DNA of 64,000 bases, taken from the NCBI RefSeq assembly GCF_009914755.1, contig NC_060946.1, one strand, 5' to 3'. The stretch comes from the human T2T-CHM13v2.0 reference genome, Homo sapiens. Made by a program: the position numbers and the translations under genes. Shown piece by piece: positions 37,942-52,352 of this stretch; position 1 is the stretch's first letter, and every line of letters starts with the position of its first letter. The notes under the pieces are model-generated. The model was not told the origin of the DNA and did not search any database. It saw only the letters and a program-made list of their open reading frames with translations.

Positions 37942-39394
37942 AACTCTGTCTCCAGGGACTGAATTTATACATGGAGGCTTCCTGTCTAGGGGATGGGGTG
38001 TGCATGTTGGGGTGGCAGTGATGGGCAGCTTGAAGGGTGGGAAGGTGCCAGGGAAGTTTGCTTACATAGTCTCTGAAAGAAAGCCTCCATCTATGGGATG
38101 GAGTAACCGGGGGTTTGCATTAGAGGTGGGTGGCATAAAACAATTTTTTAAATGACAAAATATGTGAAACAATGCTTTGTAGAACGCTTGACATTGGCCA
38201 ACAAGAGAGTGATCCCGAGCAATGGGAAACAGATGAGGAGGCCCTGGGATTGCTCCAGCTTACAGGTCAGAGAGTTGCCAGGCCACAGTTCAGGGAGGAG
38301 GAGCCCAGTCACAGCCCAGTGGGCTCCTGAATTGAGGAGACAGCGCAGAGTCTGGGGAACCAAGGGTGGCTGGTGTTCACTGGAAGAGCGACAGAGAGGA
38401 GAGAGCTGCCCAGAGAGCATTGCAGATACCTGCAGGGGCCCCGGACTACCTGGTTGGATCAGCATCGGCCTGTGAATAGGAGGACACAGTCAGAGGCCAG
38501 GGAAAGAGGCACCAAGGGGATTAAAGGTGACCATGACCTGTGCACACGCAGAACCATGAAGAGTGCCCGTCCCACCAGCCCAGCTGGGAAAACTCGTTTT
38601 TCACCACACATGGGGTTAATACGCAGAAGGCTCTTAGCTCACTAGTGGAGGATAATTAGCTCTGGACCAAGCACTATTCTGATTCCCAGCTAACAAATCT
38701 TAAAAGCAAGACTTGAAAGGTTCAGGCTGTTTCAAGTAACTTAACTGCATCCCAGAAAAAAAAAAAAAAAGAAAGCGCAAGAACATTTCTAGGAATACAA
38801 AATATTCAGCATCAAACAAGGTAAAATCCACAATGCTTGGCATTCAACCAAAAATTACCAGGTGTGCAAAGAACTGGGAAAATATGACCCAGGATGAGGA
38901 GGTAAACAGCCAAAACTAACACTCAAAACGACACAGATATTAGAATTAGAGAGAAAAACATTGAAAGAGTTACTGTAACTGCATTCCATATGTTCAAGAA
39001 GATAATTACATATGTTCATGGAAGATGAAAAACATAAAGTTCCCAAATTGAACATCTAGAGATGAAAACTACATCACTTGAGAGGAAACAATAGTGGGTG
39101 AGATTAAAGGTAGAAGGAAAAGTGAGTAAGCATGAAGACATGGCAATGGAAGCTATCCAAAATAAAACACAGAGGAAAAAATAATTTAAAAATGAACAGA
39201 GCATCAGTGAGCTATGAAACAGCTTCAAGCAACCTCATATAGGCATAATTTGAGTCCCTGAAGGAGAAGAGGATTATGTGGGACAAAGAGAAAGAAAAGA
39301 TGTTTGATGAAATCTTCCAAATGTGATGGCAACTGTAAACCCACAGATCCAAGAAGCTCGGTGAACCCTAAGCACAAGAGAGATGAAGAAAACT

Positions 39395-39685
39395 GCCCAG
39401 GCACAGTGGCTCCTATCTGTAATCCCAGGGCTTTGGGAGGCCGAGGCAGGAGGATTGCTTGAGTCCAGGGGCTTGAGACCAGCCTGGACAACATAGCAAG
39501 ACCCCATCTCTATAAAAAGTTAAAAAATTAGGCTGGGGTGGTGGTGTGCACCCGTAGTCCCAGCTACTCAGGAGGCAGAGGCAGGAGGATCCCTCAAGCA
39601 CAGGAACTCGAGGCTATAGTGAGTTTTAATCGTGCTACTTCACTCTAGCTTGGATGGCAGAACAAGACCCTGTCTCTAAAATAAA
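39395..39685 (+). mobile_element. AluJ
   Basis: ggaggattgcttgagtccagg and aacatagcaagacccc are J diagnostics. Confidence 0.9.
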
Positions 39686-41189
39686 TTTTTTTTTAAATAA
39701 CACCAAGGCACACCATAATCAATTTTCTCAAAGTCAGTAATAAAGAAAAAACCTTAAGAGCAGGCAGAGGAAAAAAAGACATGTTTTACACAAAGGACCA
39801 AAAAGTAATATAAAGCAAATTTCTTATCCCAAATGATGCAAGCTGGCAATTTCTCATCAGAAATAATCTAAACAAGAAGCTATGTCCTCAAAGTACTGAA
39901 AGAAAAATGGCCAGTCCAGAATTTTATACCCATTAAGTATACCATTAGTACCAATATTTCTGCTCTTACCTCTTCTATTCAACTTTTTACTAGCTAATGA
40001 AATAAGCCAATGAAAAGAAACAAATAGTACCCCAGGTTGAATAGGAAGATATAACACTGTCTTCACACACAGACAACATGATTGTCTTCTGTAGAAAATC
40101 CAGTGAAATCTCCAAAAATGACCCTACTAGAATTAGAGAGTGTAGCAAGGTTTCAAGACGATTGTAGGTATGCACATTAGTAACAATCAAATTTTGAAAT
40201 AAAAAAATGCTGTTTACAATAGTATAAAAAGTATCAGAAACTTCGAGGTAAATCTGACAAAAGATGTGAAATACCTACAAACTGAAAACTACAAAACATT
40301 GCTGAAAGAAATTAAAGGAGACATAAATAAATGGAGAGATAAAGCATGATCATTTATTGAAAGACTCAATATTGTTCAGATGTCAATTCTTCCCAAATTG
40401 ACACATAGATTATATACAATACCAATCAAATATTCCAGCAGATTTTTTGTAGACATTGACAAACTACTTTTAAAATTCCTATGGAAATGCAAGAGACTAG
40501 AACAACTCAACAACTTCACAAAAGAATCACATGGCAGGACAACTAGCATCTTCTGATTGCAAGAATTAGGATAAAGCTATGGTAAATAAGACAATGTGGT
40601 ATTGGCATAAAGTTGGACAAATCTATCATGAAACAGAATGGAGAACCTAGAAGAGACACACAAATATGTGAACAATTGGTTTTTTACGAAGATGTAAAAG
40701 CAATTCAATGCAAAGGGATAATCTTCTTCACAAATGGTGCTGGAAAAACTGGATATGCATTGCAAAGAAATGTACTTCAATCCATACCTCTCATGATAGA
40801 AAAGGTTAATTCAATACACAGCTGTAAATTGAAAAACTTCTAGAAGAAAACAAAGAAGACGTTTGTGACCCCGAGTTAGGCTAAATGTTCTTAGACATGA
40901 AGCCAAAAGCATAATCTAAAAAAAGTTAAACTAAAATGTCTGATTTTGTGAATCCACTATTAAGAGAATGAAAAGGCAAGCCACGAACTGGGAGAAAATA
41001 TTTGCAAATCATATATCAGACAAAAGACATGTCTCCGGAATCCACGAAGAACTATCAAAAATCAAGAAAATGAACTAATTTTTTTAGAGGCCAAAAACTT
41101 CAACCACAAATACTTCACAAAGAAGCTATACAGAAGAAAAGTACGTACAAATGTGCTCAGCACCACTGTCATTAGGGAAATGCAAATTA

Positions 41190-41547
<358 letters not shown>

Positions 41548-42215
41548 ACTAACCTTACCAAATGCTGAGGATGATGTGGAAAAACTGGAACTGATGGAAA
41601 CTAGAACTAGAAACTCTTGGAAACAGTTTTGTTGGTTTTTTAAATGGTAAACTCACACCTTCCGTACTGTCACTGAATGACAAAGGATCCTGTCATTCCA
41701 CTCCGAGGTACTTATTTGCCAAAAAATAATGTAGCCTATCTCCTTCAGAGACTTGTACATGGATATTCACAGTAGCTTTATTTCATAATACTCGGTCCTA
41801 CTTCAATCAAGCTGGGGTTTTTTAAATCATTTTTAAGAGATGAGGTCTCACTGTGCTGCCCAGGCTGGTCTTGAACTCAGGCAAGCTGTTATTTTTGCAG
41901 AAAGACACAAAAGTCAGCTTGAGGGATCTCCCACCAGCCAGATTTGGGACAATATGAGCATCAAAGTAAATTGTGATAGTGGTTTATTAGAGTCCTTTGA
42001 ATAACACCTCAAACCCTGAGCCCATACTGATATAAATAAATAAATAAATAGCAGAGAATTTTATTTATATAAATAGCAGATAAATTTATATAAATAGATA
42101 AATTTATATAAATAAATAGCAGAGAAACTTATTTATATAAATAAATAAATAGCTGAGAAATTTATTCCTTATAGAAAGATGTCAAATAATAAATATAAAA
42201 GAAATGATAAAATTA

Positions 42216-42527
<312 letters not shown>

Positions 42528-42579
<52 letters not shown>

Positions 42580-42592
42580 GTATATATATACA
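42528..42592. repeat. (TA)n microsatellite in the Alu tail
   Basis: ~16 pure TA units, then interrupted TA. Confidence 0.97.
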
Positions 42593-42844
42593 TTAAAAAA
42601 TTAAAATAAAATCACTATTTATTAACCTATATAGCAACAAGCAACTCAAGCAAGAATTATCACAGGATGGCAAAACGAATGGGTGAAAGAGAGATAGGAA
42701 ATAGCATTCCCTGTGCTCTCATGGTTATCTCCCCCCAGAATACTTATAATTTGCCAAACAAACAAACAAAACACCCAATAACCTTATAGGAGAGAAACCT
42801 GGCAGACATTATCAAGATTAAATAATGCAACAGATTACCCATTC

Positions 42845-43281
42845 AGTGGTGAGATATTCACCCTCCCTTTGAACATGGATTGGTCTGTGTGACTACCTGG
42901 ACCAATAGAGTGTGGTGCAAGGAACACCAGAGGGTAGGCCATAAAAATGTCTGGCACTTCCCCTTCATTTTCCTAGGACATGCACTCCAGGGAAGCCAGC
43001 TGCCAGGCAAGGAGGCCAGCAAACCTGAAGATGTTTTCCCACATGCTACAAGAAAGCCCAAACTGATCTACATGGGAGAGATCCTAAGACTAAGAAGAGA
43101 AAACCATCTAGCCACCAGTTCCAGTCTCTATCTCACTGTAACCATGCGTGTGATCCTGCATCTGAACTCACAGCCATTACTGAATTCTTGACACATTGAA
43201 ACCATCATGATCATAAAATGGTTGTTTTATGCTGTTAAGTGTTGAAATGGTTTTGTTGAACAGCAATAGCTAACTGGAACA
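42845..43281 (+). mobile_element. Old MLT1 (G/H-like) LTR
   Basis: tgtgactacctggaccaatagagtgtgg...cagcaatagctaactggaaca. Confidence 0.65.
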
Positions 43282-43676
43282 GTGACAAAAGTTAACATAA
43301 CTAATAATAGGAAAAATCAACCTCTCATGACACCTGATGGGATGCAATGACAACCATATATCACAGAATACTGAGTATTCTGTCCAAAGATACATAACCT
43401 GGGCCCACTCAGGAGGAAGTATCAGACAATCCCAAATGAACCTTCAAAAATACCAAAGACATGAAAGTCAAGGAAAAACTGAGAAACTGAGAAAGATACT
43501 AAAGAAGACAAGAAACTCAGTGCATCATCCTGAATTAGATCCTTTTGCCATAAGGAACATCATTGGGACAACTGGTGAGGCATGAATAGGGTCTCCGAGT
43601 GAAGGGTACTATTTTTTGCAGCTTTTTCTCTAAGTTTGAAGTTGTTTCAAAATAGAAAAAAAAATACATGGCCATA

Positions 43677-45984
43677 TGCTATGCTTTAAACATGTCCCAT
43701 CCAAAACTTAGATGTTGCCCATATGATATTTTCACAGGGTGGGGCCCCTAAGAGGTGATGAGGCTGTGAGGGCTTCTCCTTTGTGATGAGTGAGATTAAG
43801 GCCTTTATAAAAAATGGCTCATACAGCATTCAGACATTTTCTCTTCCACTTTCTGCCATGTGAGGAACACAGAGTTATTTCCCTCCAGAAGATGCAGCTC
43901 TCACCAGACAACCTACTAGCACCTTGATCATGGACTTCTCAGCCTCTGGAATGGTGAGAAACAAATTTTTCTTATAAAATGCCTAGTCTCAGGTATTCTG
44001 TTATAGCAGCACAAACAACCTGAGACAGAAATTGTTACCAAGAGTGGGGTGTTCCTATAACAAATAACTAAAACTGTGGAATGGCTTTGGAACTTGGTAA
44101 TGGGTAGAGGCTGGAACAGTTTTGAAGCCATTGCTGAAAAAGTCTATATTACTGTGAACAGAACATTAAGGGCAATTCTGATGAGGGCTCAGAAGAATAG
44201 GAGAGCTATAAGGAAAGCTTCATTCTTCTTAGAGACCACTTAAATAGTAGTGAACAGAATATTGGTAGTAATCATGACAGTAAAGGTCATTCTGATGAGG
44301 TCCTAGGTGGAAATGAGGACTAGCTTATTGGAAATGGGAAGAAAGGGCATTCTTATTATAAAGTGACAAAGAACTTGGCTGAATTATGTTCATGTTTTAG
44401 GACTCTGCGGAAGGCAAAACTTAAAAGCAACAAACTAGGATATTTGATGGAAGAAATCTCTAAGCAGCAAAGTGTTCAGGAATCTGCATGGCTTCTCTTA
44501 ACTTCTTATAGTAAAATGTGAGAAGATAAATCATTTAAAAATTGAATTTATGGTTAAAAGGGAAGCAGAATGCAAAAATTTGGAAAATTCTCAGCCTGCC
44601 CATGTAAAGAATAAAAAGTGTGTTTAGGAGAGAAAATCAAGGGTGTGGCCTAGCAACTGTTTGATAAGGAGATTAGGAAAAGGAAGCCAAGTGCTGCTAT
44701 TCATCAAGGCAATGGGAGAATGACCCTGAAGGCATTTCAGAGAGCTTCAAGGCTACCATGCCCGTCAGGCTGCCATGCCATGCCTGAAGGCATTTCAGAG
44801 AGCTTCAAGGCTGCCATACCCTTAATACCAGGGTCTTAAGGGCAGAAGAGTTTCCAGGCAAGGACACCTCATCTGCTCCCTGCTCTTCAGCTGCTCAGCA
44901 ATGGCTCAAGCGGACCTAAGTACACTAGGGCCATGGCTCCAGAAGTTATAAGCTTCTGGTGGCAGTGTCCACATGCTACTAATGCTGTATGTGTGCAGAG
45001 TGCAGGAGCTATGGCAGCATGGCCTCCACAGAGTCCCAACCAGGGCAATGTTCAACCAAACTGTTGAGTCAGGGCTGCTGCAGAGAGCCCCTACTCAAGC
45101 AATGCTTAGTGGAGCCATGGGGCCAGGGTTGCCCACAAGATCCCAGACCTGTGGAGCCACCAGCAGGCAACTAACTCTAGCCTGGGAGTGCTGCCAGCAC
45201 CTGACACCAACCCGTGAGGCCTGCTATATGGGCTTTGCCCAGCAAAGCCATGAGGGTGTGGCTGCCTGAGGCCTTCAGGGTTCAACTCCCACCCCCGTGC
45301 ATCCAAAAAGTGGGACAGGGAGTTAAAGATTATTCTCCAGCCTCAAGATTTAATGTTGTTTGCCTTGTTTGGTTTTGGATTTACTTGAGCCCCATTATTC
45401 CTTACTTCCTGCCTATTTCTTCCTTGTGCGATGGAAATATTTATCCTATGCCTGTCCCTACACCATTGTATTTCAGAAGCACATAACTTGTTTGATTTCA
45501 CAGGTTCACAGCTGGAGAGCAGTTTTCCTTGAGGTGATGTCTAGATGAGACTCTGGGCTTGAGGCTTTAAAGTAGATGCTGGAATAAGTTAAGACTCTGA
45601 GGGCTATTGAGATGGAATGATTATATTTTGCATGTGAGAATATGAATTTGGTGGGGGGAGAGGGATAGAATGCTATTGTTTGAATGTGTTTCTTCCAAAA
45701 TTCAGGTGTTGGCCATGTGATAGTATGAGAAGGCAGGGCTTTTAAGAGGTAATTAGGCCATGAGGGCTGCTCTCTCATGAAACGGATTAAGGCCCTTCTA
45801 AAAAAAGCTTCATGCAGCATTCACTGTCCCTACCACTTTCCGCCACGTGAGGATGCAGTGTTCCTCCTTTCCAGAAGATGCAGCCCTCACCAGATGGCCT
45901 GCCAGCACCTTGACCTTGGACTTCCCAGCCTCCAGAGTTGTGAAATATAAATTTCTGTTGTTTATAGGTTATCCAGCCTCAGGT
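43677..45984 (+). mobile_element. Two-LTR MaLR element (MSTC/D-like): LTR 43677-44027, internal 44028-45670, 3'-truncated LTR 45671-45984
   Basis: Both LTRs start tgctat and share ccagaagatgcagc..tcaccaga..gcaccttga..tggacttc; internal region starts gaaattgttacca and ends in a polypurine tract; internal ORF disrupted. Confidence 0.85.
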
Positions 45985-47739
45985 CTTCCATTACATGAAC
46001 TAGGATGCCTCATTTTGCTAAATTTTGATAGAAGGGCTTGTGTGTGCTCAAGGCTCAGAAAAGAAGGTCATTTCTACCTCACTCAGGGTTCTTTCTCCCA
46101 GCCTTGGGTATTCATCAGGCAACAAGGCTCCATTTAGACACTGGGACAGAAGAAATGCCACAGCTCCATTAGGAAGCTGGCTCGGCCACAAAGGTCACAG
46201 GTGGCTAATCAGGGAAAAAGGCATGTTTGGGGGAAAGGAGCCTTCTGAGGTCATCATTTTGCATATGGTTGTTAATAATGCAAGAGTGAGTCTATTAAAC
46301 TGAGTAAAAGGTAACTTTGGCCCATGGGAAAGGACCATTATGCAAATTCAGGCAGAGAAAAGCTTTTTAAAATGCACATATTTAACTAAAGCATCCAGAG
46401 CTCTGGTCATTAGTTTCTTTTAAAAATGTCCCCAAGAAAGCATTGTTTGCACCAGTTGCCACTGAACAGAAAGCCAGGATTTGGATTCCAACGAACCAGG
46501 GCACTGGCTCTAAATTGTTGGTGTATCCACTGTGGGACATTGAGGATGCTTCTCAAAGTCTCTGAGACACAGTGTTCTCACCAGTGAAACATATTTTTCA
46601 GACTTAATGTTCTTTCGGAATTGTAGTTAGCACAGGCCTCAGGATGGAGCTGTCCACAGATGTGCAGTGCTGAGGCCCTGGCATAAATGGGCCCTCTCGA
46701 AACCTCATCTCTGGTATCCACCTGCACCATCCTAGCTGTGGGTAGCAGGATGTCTGTTCTGCAGCCATGGAAACAGCCCTCAGAAAAGCAATTAGTGCAC
46801 AGGTGTGCACTTTAGATCTGCGATATTATGAAATTATTTATAACTGTAAAAGCAATTAGTCTACATAATGGACTAATCACTTACTGGAATTTGGGATTCT
46901 TTTGGATTTCTATGTAACACGCATGTATCCAGCACAATCTAGTTTTATAAATGCCAATAATTAAATCAACTCCAATTTTATTTCAATTAGATTGAGTACA
47001 ACTATCATAGTAGATTTGGAAATTGCCGTGTGTGTGTGTGGAGTGGGGTGTGTGTTTCTTCCTTCTATCTGCTAGTTCAAAAAAGTGAAGTTAAATGAGA
47101 ATATACTGAGGTAAATAATATTGTTGTTGGTAACTTTTCATAGGACTGGTATTATCTTCATTTTACAAACAAGGGCCTATTTTAGAAAGGTCAAGGCTAA
47201 CCTTAAAAATTGTTGAGTGCCTCCTATGAACCAGAAAATGTGTACTGTATCACCTAATTTATATGACAGCAAAAATACATATTTATATATTTACCGATAA
47301 AGAAACCTGGTCACAGAGAGGAAAATGAGAGCTAACAAAAAATCGTGACTGGTCACTACGTAAAGTGAATATGTTACTTTTTAACATCTGTAACAATTCT
47401 AGGAGAAAAGTTATTTCCCAATGTCAGATGAAAAACCAGAGGGTCAGAGATGTTGAGTAACTCACCCAGATTTATCCACAGTAAGTGAGAGATCCAGGTT
47501 TTAGACCCAAACCTGTCTGGCTTGAAAGCTGAGAATCTTCCTGAGTTGCTACAGCAACTCCAGGCTGCCCCAGGAAGCGGCCTCCCCTGAGCTGTCCTTC
47601 CATGTGGACACCACTCTGTCCACTCAAAGAACTCAGACTCCCCCAGCATTCGGCTCCCATAACATCATGGCTTCCCTAGCCCTTCACGCAGGTAAAATAT
47701 GATAACCTCATAGCCACTGGGCCTGAACAGAGTGCAGGT

Positions 47740-48705
47740 GTCATTCTTGCCTGTCATTCCTGCATCAGCCCACTCTTCCTCCTCCATTAAATACCCCAGT
47801 TTTGAATTCCATGTATCTGACTCCTTCTCCTGCCACCATTCCTTGCAGCTATCTACTACTCCCTCACTCCCTCTCTCGTCTTTCTCAAAGACCTTAGGTC
47901 CTCTCTCACTCCCACTCTCCACAATTACTCCTGCTGTTATTCTTGGTCATATCAATGCCCAGACAAGCGACCTGCCAACACCCTCCTGGGTCCTTGTTCT
48001 CAACCTGTCTGGTCTTCTGCTCTCCTTGGTCCTTCTGAGTCCATGTAATGACAATATCTGCAATACCTCCTTAACAGCCATGTTATAGATCCTGCTCTCA
48101 GAGTACAATCTACAGTTCTGCCTGCTTGTTCCCCTTCACATCTCTAATCTAACAGTCGTCAGTCTCACTGGGACCTTGACTCATGATACCTCTCCTTTTG
48201 TCTTTCCTCTGCCCCCTCAGGTCTTCACTTTCCTCGTTGCACAGCTGATATTTCATGTCAGACAGTGTAACCATTCCCTGGCTGCTTCCCCTGCCTAGAA
48301 GACTGACATCCCCCAATACCCCCACATCTCACTTCCTTCAGGTCTTTGCTCATAGATCATATTTCAGAGAAACCATCCCAGCCACCCCACCCAAAACTCA
48401 GCCCAACAGCTCCTGCTCACCTTCCATACTTTCCATCTCCTGAAATGTACATCCACCTCACACTATATTATATTCTCTTAGCACACAGTGGGCACCCAAT
48501 AATTCTTGAATAAACTCCCTGCACTTTGTGCCCACATCGTTGGCACCTGTTTATAAATTGTTCGGAACATTTCTCTGATTTTATTGAAACTATTAACTCA
48601 CATAGCCAATGACCCATGTCCCATTCATCTCTGTATCCCATGGGCTAGCAGTGACCAGGCAGAGTAAGAACCCAGCCAATATTTGTTAAGTGAATGAATG
48701 AAGGA
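47740..48705 (+). mobile_element. L2 fragments
   Basis: Pyrimidine-rich L2 body, cacttccttcaggtctttgctca, terminus atatttgttaagtgaatgaatgaa. Confidence 0.6.
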
Positions 48706-49716
48706 AGGCTGGCTGAAAGCTGCTATGTTGCTTAGCACAGCACATGAGGTGTCTGAGAAACTGATGTCTTATACTGCTTAGGGACTTTGTGTAGAGCTTG
48801 GGCATGGAGCAATTTGTTTTATTCTAAAATATATGGTCAAAAGCCCACTTGTCTCCTTCTGGTACCACTCTCTACTCTGACACGTCCTTCTCACAGTCTC
48901 AGCATCCCCCACACAAGCTCGTCACCACCCCATAATATCCCCTCTTCTTCCTTAATCACCTCCAAATCTAGCCCACCCTCTCAGGATCATGATGCCTCTC
49001 CTGACATAATAAATGGGAGGGCTGCTAACAAGAATGGAGAACAGTGGAGCTTTGCGTGTTTCTGTTTTATAGATTTCATCTGGAGCCCTTATTCCCTGTG
49101 TGCAGGTAGGTCTCAGCATGCTACGGAGCCCTTAAATTGCTCTGTGTCCCGAGTGGATGATGGTCCTCCGACATCTTGGACCTAAGTTCACTATTCAGGC
49201 CTCCCAGGATTATCATCAGCACATCCAAACAAGACACGCACTCCAGATCCAGAGTCAGCAAAGACCATGAACGCAACCTCTCTCTCCCACCCAGGCTAAG
49301 GGGGATCAAAGAGGGCTATCGCTGGGAGGACGGGAGGGCGGGTGTTATCACCAAAGGCTTCAAAGAGAGAGAACAGGGGAGAAAAGCAGAGAACAGCAAA
49401 CCAGGAAACATGGAAGTTTCCCTGCTTTTAAATCTAGGCATCTGGCGTGCTTGCCCCCAATCCCATCACTCGCCTCTTCCTGAGCCTACTCAACAAGTGT
49501 TACTATTGATAAGGAAAATGATACATTCACACTTTAAATAATAACTGAAATTTGTATTTATTGTCAAGGCAGTTTTACACTCACGATCGCATTGACCTGT
49601 CATAACACACCAGAGGACGGGTACCACCCTCATTCCAATCGCACAAATGAGAAACTGAGGCTTGGATACATCATCCAGTGGTTTGCTCTGTGTCATCCAG
49701 GTGGTAGCTGGAATTA

Positions 49717-50355
<639 letters not shown>

Positions 50356-51914
50356 TTACTACTTCATAATCACCCGCATTGTGCTCCATGCTCACCTTGT
50401 TATTTAAACTCCCATAAAAGGTAAAATTAAAAAAAGTTAATAGCCTAAAACTTGCTTCTTCGAACAACCTAAGAGGACATTTTACTCATAAATGTAAGCA
50501 AGGAAACAGGATTCCATTTCTCTGGTTATGAGACAAATAAATATCTTCCCAAGGCTCCAAAGCCATAGTACCCAGCGACAGCCTGCTCACCGCCTCGTGC
50601 TCAGTGGCTCTGGGGAGAGCCCCCTGCGCCTTGGACTCCAGTGCCCTCACAGCCCCTGGAAACCCTGCTCTTCTGGGAGCGAGGACAGCATAATGGGGAC
50701 AGTGATGGATTCCAGCGTCCCCACCTCCTGCCCTTCTGAGGACACAGCAAGCCTTTCACTCTCCAACCAGAGAGCACAGACTGAGTGCCTGTGATGTGGC
50801 AGACCTAGGAACAGACATGCAGAGCCAGGAATCCCATTCCCATCCTCCCGAACCGCACAGGTGACGAGGCAGGTGAACAGAGAGAAAATACAGCACGTTC
50901 AGTGACTGTGGAGGAAGGAGAGGGTGTTACAGGGCTCAGACAAAGACACTCAACTCAGCTGAGCATTCACAGAAAGCTTCCAGGAGGAGACAGTTCATCC
51001 CGAGAAATGAACAGAATTTTGCCAGGTGAAGAAAAGCAGAGAATCCCAGACCAAAAGAAGAGCGTGGCCAAAACTGGGGAGAAGCAGGAAAGACAGTCGG
51101 TTTGGAGGTGGAGAGCAGTACATGGCTGAAGCAAGAGAGCCAAGAAGCAGCTTGAGGGGGAGTGGACAGCAGGCCTCTTGGATAGCGAAGGTCGGTGATT
51201 CCCCGCCAGGCCTGGAGACTTCTCTGCTCCTCCCATCGCATGCAGGGAGCAGCATGGAGCAGATCTGATCACGGGTGAGACTGTGAACGTCACCTGATGG
51301 GAAACCCAAATGCACCCTCCCTGCTTTTCCCCCACAACGTGGGGATGGATGCAAATGGACAAAAGTGGGTGTCTCCCCCAGGAGTGTGGCTCCTGCCACA
51401 TGGCAAAGCTGGCAGTGCACAGAGGAGGGACAGAGGGGGAGCTGGGGTGTCCAGAGGCAGGGAAGGCATGAAGAGCCACCAGCACAAGCCCCGACCCGCC
51501 CTCATGCTCCCAGCACTGGTGCCATTCAGAGTGTGAGTGAGCCCTCCCCTCCCTTGAGGCCTGACCCAGCATCTTGCACGGACTGTGTGCTCAGCAGATG
51601 TGTGTACAGCAAACAGAGAAGCAGGTCGAGGGCATGGCTAGTAAGCTCTCTTAGCACCTGGAAGGCCGGACAATCTAGCCCAGAAAATCCACATTTAAGT
51701 TTAACAAAATTAGATGGAGCGAGCCCGTGCAGGACCCCCTGGAGGAGTGGTGTACCCTCTCCCCTCCGAGGCTCTTGGTCTGCAGAGCAGAAAGACCAGG
51801 AGCACAGGCAGCCATGAGATGCTCCAATGTGCCCACATGCCCCTCGCTTCCAGGTGTCACCTGCTCATGATAAACATCTCGATTCCCAACCAACCTTTCT
51901 TGGCATCCATGAAT

Positions 51915-52261
51915 ATAATGGCGACCTTTATGGGTCAACTTGGCTGGGCCACGGTGCCCAGATATTTTGTCAAACATTATTCTGGATATTCCTGTGACGG
52001 TGTTTTTGGATAAGATTAACATTTAAATCTGGGGACTTTGAGTAAAGCAGATTGTTCTCTGTAACGTGGGTGGGCCTCATCCAATCAGGTGAAAGCCTTC
52101 AGGAAACAGAGACTGACCCCTCCTCAATAAGAAAGAATCCGGCCAGCACGTGGTCTTCAGGCTTGAACTGCACATCAGCTCTTCCCCGGTCTCCAGCCTG
52201 CTGGCCTAGCCTTGCCAGACTCTATAATTGTGTGAGCCAATTCTTTAAAATCTCAATCTCA

Positions 52262-52307
<46 letters not shown>

Positions 52308-52352
52308 CCCTCCCCCCTTCCCTCTATGTCTTGGGAGATCCCTGAATAATGG
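51915..52352 (+). mobile_element. MLT2 (ERVL) LTR with an internal (CT)n
   Basis: ggtcaacttggctgggccacggtgcccagatattttgtcaaacattattctgga...gggtgggcctcatccaatcag; (CT)n at 52265-52302. Confidence 0.85.
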
